Below the pieces are notes generated by a model, which was not told the DNA's origin, did no database searches, and saw only the letters and a program-made list of their open reading frames with translations. The position numbers were made by a program, and so were the translations under genes. From an uncultured Gemmatimonadaceae bacterium (GTDB taxonomy: Bacteria > Gemmatimonadota > Gemmatimonadetes > Gemmatimonadales > Gemmatimonadaceae): DNA of 64,000 nt. Position 1 is the stretch's first letter, and each line of letters begins with the position of its first letter. The stretch is from NCBI GenBank assembly GCA_963781585.1, contig CAWAGQ010000004.1, positions 640,001 through 704,000 of the forward strand. Direction: 5' to 3'. Shown piece after piece: positions 20,010 to 27,144 of the stretch.

Positions 20010-20322
20010 CTCGATCACCGCCGTTCAGGTGAACGTTGACAATGTTGGTCGGAAGGTGTGGTGGGAGGAGACCCTTCCGAGTGGCGCGCAAGTCTGGGTG
20101 GCGCGTGACCTCGATCTACCTGGCTGCATCGTTCAGGAGGGCTCTGCGCCCGCAGCACTTGCGGCCCTAGAAGATGCGAGGCTGCACTATCGTGCTGTGA
20201 TGGCTGAAATTGCCCAACCCTCAGACGCTCCCGACGCGTTGCTTCCAACTAGCACCAGCGAGACATCGAGTGCCATACCGACAAAACTCTTCAGCTATCG
20301 GGATTTGCAGCCAGTAGGCTAA
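19984..20322 (+). CDS. HicB-like antitoxin with low-complexity C-terminal tail
   Basis: WVARDLDLPGCIVQEGSAPAALAALEDARLHY, the HicB N-terminal signature. Confidence 0.7.
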   Translation: MSTMMFTDDSITAVQVNVDNVGRKVWWEETLPSGAQVWVARDLDLPGCIVQEGSAPAALAALEDARLHYRAVMAEIAQPSDAPDALLPTSTSETSSAIPTKLFSYRDLQPVG

Positions 20323-20542
20323 ATCGTTAGGGAGCTCGGTGACAGCTAGCGCGGATTTGATCGCTCGACCACCGCGCGCAGGCTCTCAGTGAGTTCCCGG
20401 AGCTGCTCGAGCGCTTTGGCCGTTTTCCCGGTTTTGCGACATAGCGCCACCAGACGAGCCGCGTGAGCTCGTCGAGGGCTGCGCGGTCCGGGGCCGCGCT
20501 CACGAGGCGACCGAGCGCCGCGGCGCGGGGCGGTCGTGAGCT

Positions 20543-20719
20543 TCAATTGTCTCGGACCAGGCGCGCGCGTTTCAGCGTGATCAGGAGGACGAGCGCGGTG
20601 CTGTCCTCCCCTTCGGGATAGTAGTGGTCGAGATCGGCCCTGAGGCGCGCGAGCGCCGCCGGATCATCGGCGAGCCGGATGCGGCGCAGGTAAAGGCCGC
20701 CAGCTCGAGCGCGGGTCAC
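20543..20719 (-). CDS. small hypothetical protein
   Basis: GTG start overlapping the stop of 20716..21303 (GTGA coupling); TRARAGGLYLRRIRLADD... Confidence 0.35.
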   Translation of the reverse strand: MTRARAGGLYLRRIRLADDPAALARLRADLDHYYPEGEDSTALVLLITLKRARLVRDN

Positions 20720-21303
20720 TGGATAGTTGACCAGGCGGCTTTGTTGATGCAGCGCGCGTAGACGACGGAGAGGGCTCCGTCCTCGTCTGGTCCCCCGGGC
20801 CACATGGGTACGACGGCGCTCCCTTTGAAGAGAAGGCTGTCGAGTCGCCCGATCGGTAAGAATTGCGCGCGTCCTTCGCCATATCTCCACGTTCCATCGC
20901 GCCAACGGAAAACCATGGAAAGACGTGCCCAGAACGGCGCATGACCATCCGGCTTGGCCAGCAGAACGCCAATGCTGTCAGGCTCCGGTGAAAAAACCAT
21001 CTCAGCGATCTCGAACGAGACGGGCGCTGAGTACGGCGTCACCAGGCTCGCCGTCTTCTGCACGTCGAAAAGCACATTCTGAATAGCACATTGGACGCGG
21101 CCGAACTTGCCGCGATACTCGCTCGTCGAATCGAATTGCCAAATCACGCGCGCCTTCTGTACGGAGTCGATCTTCCGAGCGAGTGCCAGTTCGAAGTCCT
21201 TCGCGATCCGCGCTTCATTTACCGCCTGCGCGGGCAGATGCGTGGCCCCGAGCACGAGAGCGGCGAAGCCACATCTGCAAGCTTTGGACACGGTAACCTC
21301 CAT
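20716..21303 (-). CDS. hypothetical secreted protein
   Basis: Signal peptide-like ..AALVLGATHLPAQA; 195 aa; no family recognised. Confidence 0.55.
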   Translation of the reverse strand: MEVTVSKACRCGFAALVLGATHLPAQAVNEARIAKDFELALARKIDSVQKARVIWQFDSTSEYRGKFGRVQCAIQNVLFDVQKTASLVTPYSAPVSFEIAEMVFSPEPDSIGVLLAKPDGHAPFWARLSMVFRWRDGTWRYGEGRAQFLPIGRLDSLLFKGSAVVPMWPGGPDEDGALSVVYARCINKAAWSTIQ

Positions 21304-21559
21304 TACGATTCTGGCGACGCCGGCAGCTAACCGGCAGCTAAATGCGCCGGCAGTAGGCGGCGAAACTCTGCGCGGTCATCTTGCCCGCCGCGTCGGAACG
21401 CGGCTCAGAAGGAGACAAGGGTCGCTCGATCTCATTGCGAGCTGAGGCGCCTGGCTCCGAATCCGCTGCCGCGTCAACAGGGCCGCTGGTGCGGTCCCGG
21501 GGGCATTCGACAGCGTCAGCCCTGAGGAGCCATAGCGCCACGAATTTCCCAATACGCAT

Positions 21560-22291
21560 TTACGCGGTCACCGATTCGGTGTCGTGAGACCGCCGCTCTG
21601 ATGGAGGGTCGGCTTGCCAGCGTTCCTGCCATGCGCGGAGCATCTCCTCTAGGAACGCCGTCGCCCGGTGCCGAAATACCGAGTTGAAAGACGCTTCAAG
21701 CTCAATTTGTTGTTCTTGCTGCGTGAGCGTTAGCCCAACGTCCCTCTGCTCGAGACGCCGCACGATTTTTCTGCGATTCTCTCGCACCTCGCCGCGAGCA
21801 TGGATGAGGAGATTTCGAACTTCTCCGTACTCCAATAGCTCGTTCCACTGCGGCTCGGCTGGAGACGCGAGCGCGGCTACCTTGGTGAGGAATGTTCTCG
21901 CTTGGCGGATGCCAGTTCCACGCAGGTCCGTTCGCGCGACGCGCTGCGGCGCAAAGTAATGAACCAGGTCGCAAGTTCGAATCAGGCCGTGCTCCAACGT
22001 GCCGTAGGCCATGAGGAAGAGCGCGGCACGCTGGATCTGCGGGAAAGCCCAATCTGCCATCCCGTGTTCCAGTAAGAGCTCCGTGTATTCGCTCGCCGAC
22101 CGCTTCGTGCCCTCCACGAGGGCAGCCCGCGCCGTAGCAGAAGCGTTGTTCATGGCGACTTCCGACAGCTCGTGCAACCGCTGGACGTGGTACAGGCGCT
22201 CAAGCGTGGTCGATATTGCGAGCACGCCGTAGTCGCGAACGAGTTGAAAAGGTGCGCGCGATTTAGCAGGCGGTCGCTGCTCGGGGGTCAT
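21560..22291 (-). CDS. HEPN-like domain protein, putative RNase/defence effector
   Basis: All-helical character; YGTLEHGL...C and the RxxxxH motif VRNLLIHARG; ATGA-coupled to the XRE gene. Confidence 0.65.
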   Translation of the reverse strand: MTPEQRPPAKSRAPFQLVRDYGVLAISTTLERLYHVQRLHELSEVAMNNASATARAALVEGTKRSASEYTELLLEHGMADWAFPQIQRAALFLMAYGTLEHGLIRTCDLVHYFAPQRVARTDLRGTGIRQARTFLTKVAALASPAEPQWNELLEYGEVRNLLIHARGEVRENRRKIVRRLEQRDVGLTLTQQEQQIELEASFNSVFRHRATAFLEEMLRAWQERWQADPPSERRSHDTESVTA

Positions 22292-22512
22292 CTCCCCCGC
22301 TTCCGCTTCCCATCGGTGGCGAGCAGTTCGCCGGGCTGAACGCCCAGGGCCGCGGCGAGGCGTTCCAGCACGTCGAGATCGATCCGGGACGTCGCGCCGC
22401 GCTCAATCTGAGAGATGGTGGCCTGGCGGACGCCGGCGAGCTCCGCGAGCGCCTCCTGCGTGAGGCCGCGCGCCGCGCGAAGATCCCGAAGCCGGAACCG
22501 GACCGGTGACAT
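22288..22512 (-). CDS. XRE-family HTH transcriptional regulator
   Basis: RLRDLRAARGLTQEALAELAGVRQATISQIERG...LERLAAALGVQPGELL. Confidence 0.92.
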   Translation of the reverse strand: MSPVRFRLRDLRAARGLTQEALAELAGVRQATISQIERGATSRIDLDVLERLAAALGVQPGELLATDGKRKRGR

Positions 22513-22519
22513 GCCGGCC

Positions 22520-22569
22520 AATATACGCTGAGGCGGATATTGACGGCAATACGCCCTGGCGTATATCCT
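22520..22569. promoter_or_regulatory. divergent overlapping promoters with two related palindromic operators
   Basis: O1 AATATACGC-TGAG-GCGGATATT (22520-22541); O2 ATACGCC-CT-GGCGTAT (22549-22564); + strand TTGACG-N18-TATCCT; - strand TTGCCG-N18-TATATT ending 7 nt before the XRE ATG. Confidence 0.65.
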
Positions 22570-22601
22570 TCAGGCACCACACTTATCATGGAGGCGAGAC
22601 C

Positions 22602-22883
22602 ATGCCAGCACGGATGACCGCGAACACGATACCCACGCCGGGACCGAGCGCGGCGTTTCTCGAAGGGCTGAGGCTCATCGAGACGATCTACAAGGAGTAT
22701 GGCCGTGCGTGGATCGCGCGGGAGATCGGCACGAAGGCCAGCGTCATCGCGGACTGGTACGCCGGGAAGCGGACGCCACTACCGAAACACGTTGACGGTC
22801 TGCTGGACCTAATGCTTTCCGCGTACCCATCAGGCTCCCGGCGGGCGGAAGAGTGCATTGCCGCCGCCCGGGAGTCGGGTTGA
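22602..22883 (+). CDS. Cro-like HTH protein
   Basis: GGAGG RBS; YGRAWIAREIGTKASVIADWYAGKRTP HTH pattern; divergent from the XRE gene. Confidence 0.65.
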   Translation: MPARMTANTIPTPGPSAAFLEGLRLIETIYKEYGRAWIAREIGTKASVIADWYAGKRTPLPKHVDGLLDLMLSAYPSGSRRAEECIAAARESG

Positions 22884-23097
22884 CAGCATCGGGAATCCGG
22901 TGAGGGGATGGATCGAGCGCCGAGGGCGTTCGCGCTCTGCGCCGTCGGTAGGTTCTTGCTGATCCGGGCGGCGCTCCGGATTATACAGACCGGTGCGAAA
23001 CCATTCTTGCAGGTCGGCGCGAAGGCGTTGCGCCGATCTGCACGCACGCTATAAGGCTGGTCGGCCGACAGGTTTCCGGACGAACGATTCAAAGTAT

Positions 23098-23104
23098 GTT
23101 ATGC
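23098..23104 (+). other. integron core site GTTATGC starting cassette 1 (attI-like position)
   Basis: GTTATGCGG is the reverse complement of CCGCATAAC at the cassette end; no attC hairpin upstream of it. Confidence 0.7.
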
Positions 23105-23129
23105 GGACTGAGTAAGGACGAAGACCACG

Positions 23130-24002
23130 ATGACCTCACTGAAGTACTCGAAGCCGGAACGTATCTGGTTGAAGGACCATCCTGATTTGGATGAGCGCTG
23201 GCTTCAGGACCGGATCGGTGAGGATCCGGCACTCCTCGGCCTTGGAGACTTGGTCCTGAAGGATCGAGAGCGACCGCAGCCTCGAGCTGGGCGGCTCGAC
23301 CTGCTACTTCAAGATGCGGAGACCAACAAGCGCTACGAGGTCGAGGTGCAGCTCGGCAAGACCGATGAGGCGCACATCATCCGCACCATCGAGTACTGGG
23401 ACATCGAGCGGAAACGATATCCGCAATATGACCACACGGCGGTGATCGTCGCCGAGGATATTACCGGCCGTTTCCTTAACGTCATCAGCCTATTCAACGG
23501 TTCCATTCCCCTTGTCGCCATTCAGATGAGCGCGGTCCGGCTCGGCGATTCTGTATCGTTGATCTGTTCGAAGGTTCTCGACGAGATGCGCCTTGGCCTC
23601 GTGGACGAGGACGAGGAAGTCCAGGCAGCAGCGGACCGGTCGTATTGGGAGGCTCGAGCAAGCAAACACACCCTGGCGATGGCGGACGAAATGCTCGAAG
23701 TGGTTCGTGCTTTCGATCCGCAGCTCGAGCTCAAGTACAACAAGTTCTATATCGGCCTGGCCAAGGGTGGTCAGCCAAACAACTTTGTCATCTTCCGTCC
23801 GAAGAAGGACTGGCTTCGGCTTGAAGTGCGCCTCGACCGCTCAGACGAGACGCAAGCACAGCTCGATGGATCGGGTCTCGACGTCATGGACTACGATTCC
23901 CGATGGGGGCGGTACAGAATCCGCCTCGCCAAGGGCGACACTACGAAGCACAGGGATTTCCTGGCGGCGCTCATGACGAAGGCATTCGCAGGGACCGCAT
24001 AA
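23130..24002 (+). CDS. NucS/PD-(D/E)xK-like nuclease with DUF5655-like C-terminal domain (integron cassette 1)
   Basis: ERWLQDRI...GRLDLL...YEVEVQLGKTDEAHIIRTIEYW; C-terminal KYNKFYIGL...NFVIFRP; stop codon lies inside the attC R'' box. Confidence 0.75.
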   Translation: MTSLKYSKPERIWLKDHPDLDERWLQDRIGEDPALLGLGDLVLKDRERPQPRAGRLDLLLQDAETNKRYEVEVQLGKTDEAHIIRTIEYWDIERKRYPQYDHTAVIVAEDITGRFLNVISLFNGSIPLVAIQMSAVRLGDSVSLICSKVLDEMRLGLVDEDEEVQAAADRSYWEARASKHTLAMADEMLEVVRAFDPQLELKYNKFYIGLAKGGQPNNFVIFRPKKDWLRLEVRLDRSDETQAQLDGSGLDVMDYDSRWGRYRIRLAKGDTTKHRDFLAALMTKAFAGTA

Positions 24003-24072
24003 CAAGCGTTTGCAGCCGACGGCGGCGTGTGAAATCGTTTGGTGCCGCCGCGGCTGAAACACAACGTTAGGC
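23997..24072 (+). other. attC recombination site (76 bp)
   Basis: GCATAAC-AAGCG-TTT(G)CAGCCG(A)CGGCGGC-loop-GCCGCCGCGGCTGAAA-CACAAC-GTTAGGC: R''/R' boxes, paired L arms, two extrahelical bases. Confidence 0.9.
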
Positions 24073-24096
24073 CGAAAACGCAAAGGGGAGGACTGA

Positions 24097-24759
24097 ATGG
24101 CTTGGTGGATGTGGATCCTCCTGGTGCTCGCCGGCTTCGGAGTGTTGGTGACCCTTGGCAAGCGGCGCCGCTTTCGCCTTCGGGCGACCATTCTCGTGCC
24201 AGAGCAGGGAGCACCAGAAGTCCACATCTCACCTGCGGCCCCTGAAGCTGATGACTTATGCTTGCTAGTGCTCTGTTACGCTGCCAAGATCCGCTGGGTT
24301 ATCCTCAGTGAACCCGTAGTTGTTCAAGAATTATTCGACGAACTCTGTGGCGAGGCGATCGACTCGTGGAGCGAAAGCGGCGGCGATTTGATCGACCGCA
24401 TGCCGTCGGCGCGTGGACTACGTGCGGCTCAAGACTTGCCCCGCGCCGTCCCCGGAGGAGAGCGATTCCAGATTGATCTCTTTCGGACGCAGTATACCAG
24501 CCTCCAGAACCACGCGTACGTCGTCAACACGCTTCCGATGCCGGGCTTGGCCCCGAACCTTCCTTGGAGTTGGCTGCTCATCGCAAATCACGTTGCGTCT
24601 CGGCTGCACTCGCATGATTCGGAGAGACTGCGCGAAGCACTGGCGAGCTGGTGTGACAGCGTCCACGGGGAGAGCGGCGAGCAATCAGTCGCAAGCCTCA
24701 AGAGGCTCTTCGCACTGAGCTTGGCCAGCCTCGCATCGGTACAGGCCGTGCGCGAATGA
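24097..24759 (+). CDS. hypothetical protein with N-terminal membrane anchor (integron cassette 2)
   Basis: GGAGG RBS just after attC; MAWWMWILLVLAGFGVLVTLGKRRR; bracketed by GTTAGGCCGAAAACG and CGTTTCGGCCTAAC. Confidence 0.7.
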   Translation: MAWWMWILLVLAGFGVLVTLGKRRRFRLRATILVPEQGAPEVHISPAAPEADDLCLLVLCYAAKIRWVILSEPVVVQELFDELCGEAIDSWSESGGDLIDRMPSARGLRAAQDLPRAVPGGERFQIDLFRTQYTSLQNHAYVVNTLPMPGLAPNLPWSWLLIANHVASRLHSHDSERLREALASWCDSVHGESGEQSVASLKRLFALSLASLASVQAVRE

Positions 24760-24774
24760 GTCGTAGCCGTTTCG

Positions 24775-24800
24775 GCCTAACAACGTTTGCTGCTGGCAGC
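24775..24800 (+). other. truncated attC (R'' and start of L'' only)
   Basis: GCCTAAC-AACG-TTTGCTGCTGG; complementary to the start of cassette 2; no matching L'/R' found downstream. Confidence 0.55.
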
Positions 24801-24983
24801 CGGAGCTGACCTGCTCGGACGTCCGAATCTGCCCGCCACGCGGCTCGAACGCGCGAGTTCGGGTACGACGCGGGCGACTCGTGGAAAAAGGGCACGCCCT
24901 ATGACCATCGTCGGGATGAGGGCGAGGCTGGCGACGGAGCGACTGTCGCCTAACGGTTTCGTCACGCCATTTCGCTGTTGAAG

Positions 24984-25012
24984 GCCCGGCTCAATGGCCG
25001 GGCTTTTTGTTT
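24984..25012 (+). terminator. intrinsic terminator closing the cassette region
   Basis: GCCCGGC-TCAATG-GCCGGGC-TTTTTGTTT. Confidence 0.85.
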
Positions 25013-25188
25013 GCCTGTCCGACTTCGGCGGTCGATTCCAGCACCCGCCGAGCAGGAAGCGCGGGAACGTGAAAAGACGAGCAATGCGAGTAGGGCACTA
25101 ATGCCCGACTCGGACAAACGCCGCGCCCGCGACGATGCGGCGAAGCTGGTTGGCGTCTCCCCGCGCTACGTGCAGGACGCGAAGGCGA

Positions 25189-26079
25189 TCAGTCGGCGGG
25201 CGCCGGGCGGAGACGACCTGGTCTCAGGCGCATCCGCATAATTGCGTAATTTTGTCCCTTGTGCTCCTGAAACTTAGGTTGGGTCGGCAGCCGTTGGAGT
25301 CGCCGCTCGAGTTGCTCATGCTGCCGTGGGGTAACGAGCACCCACTGGTTAAGTGGCCACGCCTTCCATGCGCTGCTCCCCCATTGTGGCATTTCCCCGC
25401 GGCTCACCTTTTCGGCCGCCACGCTCCCGATGAAATCGGCGAGCGTGCGAAATGGTCTCGCATCTTTGCGCCGCTGCTGATTACGCCGCGGCGGCCGCGC
25501 GAAGGACGGCAACGGCGCCAACTCCAGATGATGAGCGGTCAAGGCGCACAGATCCCCAGCGATCGCCGCATACGGTGATCGAGATTCGGTCATCAGCCGA
25601 TGAAGTTCCCGTAGCTGCTCGTACAGGGCTCCGTCCCGGCTTTTGAGCACCTCAACTAACCGCTCATGGCTCCCGCGGTACTTTCGGACGATTTCCGCCA
25701 ACAGATCGTCGGGCCACGGAACAGAGTAGTCGGCCAACGCGCGCACAATAGGACTTTGTCCGCGGCTCAATGTCTGGACAATGAAATCACGAAGGGTCGC
25801 TGGCAAGGATCGGCGGTCCGCTGCGGCGCTGAGCGACTCAGGGCCGTTCCCCAAGAGTAGCCACGTCGGGGAGCGGTGATACTCCGTGCAGATCCGAAGA
25901 ATCGTGCCTACATCAGGGGTCGCCGGGTCGCGCTTTCGCAACCACTTCCCGACCGTTTCGCTGGTCGAGCCGATGGCTTCCGCAAACGCCGCCGCGCCGC
26001 CGGCGTCCTCGACCACCAAATGCAACCGGTGGCTGATGGCACGGGAATCTGACGGCTCCGGTTTCGATCGACCCAACAA
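25189..26079 (-). CDS. CI-like repressor: N-terminal HTH plus unknown C-terminal region
   Basis: GGAAAFAEAIGSTSETVGKWL...PDVGTILRICTEYHRSPTWLLLGNGP; divergent from the rightward operon; exact start uncertain. Confidence 0.7.
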   Translation of the reverse strand: MLGRSKPEPSDSRAISHRLHLVVEDAGGAAAFAEAIGSTSETVGKWLRKRDPATPDVGTILRICTEYHRSPTWLLLGNGPESLSAAADRRSLPATLRDFIVQTLSRGQSPIVRALADYSVPWPDDLLAEIVRKYRGSHERLVEVLKSRDGALYEQLRELHRLMTESRSPYAAIAGDLCALTAHHLELAPLPSFARPPRRNQQRRKDARPFRTLADFIGSVAAEKVSRGEMPQWGSSAWKAWPLNQWVLVTPRQHEQLERRLQRLPTQPKFQEHKGQNYAIMRMRLRPGRLRPAPAD

Positions 26080-26170
26080 TGCTCCGCGTTAAACTAGCAC
26101 CTCGGACAGTTTAACACCGAGTTCCCGTCATTAGCAATGTGCCCGTGACACACACACGGGAGAATCATTC

Positions 26171-26344
26171 GTGACATCGACTCTCATCGCGAATCTTCGG
26201 CCGGCGGCCGAAGAAGCGGCGCGGCGCGGGATCTCGCGGGAAGCGCTCGTACGAGCGATTCAGAAAAAGCGCATGCCTGGCGTGCGCATCGGCACCCATT
26301 GGTTCGCCGTGATCGAACCGGAAGAGCCGGGTGGGGCTTCTTGA
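26171..26344 (+). CDS. excisionase/AlpA-like small winged-HTH protein, 57 aa (absent from ORF track)
   Basis: GGGAG RBS, GTG start; MTSTLIANLRPAAEEAARRGISREALVRAIQKKRMPGVRIGTHWFAVIEPEEPGGAS. Confidence 0.7.
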   Translation: MTSTLIANLRPAAEEAARRGISREALVRAIQKKRMPGVRIGTHWFAVIEPEEPGGAS

Positions 26345-26826
26345 ACCGGACGTACCATGCGTGCCCCGAAGCTCTAAAGGCGAAGCGCCCCAGCCGGTAT
26401 GTGCAAGGTGTCCGCGTCGCCATCGACGATCTCGACGCCCGGCTGCGGCACATCGAGGGCGAGGTCTGCACGCGCGCCAGGGTGCGTGCAGTGGCAAACG
26501 TGACGAACGCGCACGCGGTGTCTCTCCTCCGCAGATGAACAACCTGCGCGTGGCGGACGCTCTGATCCGGCGCGGCGTCCCGACCGCGCCCGTGTCGGCG
26601 GTCGATAAGACACCGCTCGCCCAGCTTTTCGCGGATGATTCCGCGCGGCGCACTCCGGGGGGTCAGTCGGGACGGCCGCTACTACGTCGTCACGGGAACG
26701 GATGGCAGGGACTTGCGTGCGGTCGGCGGCAAACGTGACCGTCGCTGATACTGATGCACGTCCACCAAAAACAGGCGCCCCGCGGTCACGAGCCGCGAGG
26801 CGCTATGCCCCAACCTTCTCACCAGG

Positions 26827-27141
26827 ATGGAGCTTATGGCGAAGCTACGTAGTCGTTATGGGGTGCGCCAGCGCCCGGACCCTGCGGTCTCGCATCCTGC
26901 AATGCGCTCGCTCGGCGCGATCATGCTCGACGAGCATGATCGACGTCTGCTCGCGTGTTCGCTCCAAGCCTACGACCGCGCGTGGCGCGAACTGCCATTC
27001 AGCAAAGCGCGGTGTGCCACGGAAGTCCGCGCGGCTGTCACGCGCATGATCGCGCGCCTTCGCGGTGCTGACAAATTCATCCCCGCGGCCGAACAGGTCG
27101 ACGAACAGGTCGACGCTGCGATTGCGGCGCTGGGCGAGTAA
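26827..27141 (+). CDS. hypothetical protein
   Basis: 104-aa ORF in the rightward operon, ending 3 nt before the helicase start. Confidence 0.45.
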   Translation: MELMAKLRSRYGVRQRPDPAVSHPAMRSLGAIMLDEHDRRLLACSLQAYDRAWRELPFSKARCATEVRAAVTRMIARLRGADKFIPAAEQVDEQVDAAIAALGE

Positions 27142-27144
27142 CCG

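Noticed and set aside
21320..21356. CCGGCAGCTAA tandem repeat as a functional site
   Set aside because: Two exact copies plus one partial copy, with no supporting context.
22884..22960. Remnant of an integron integrase
   Set aside because: No recognisable IntI motif in the frames I inspected.
24948..24985. Third attC
   Set aside because: GCCTAAC is present but there are no paired L arms or GTTRRRY; it matches the genome-wide octamer.
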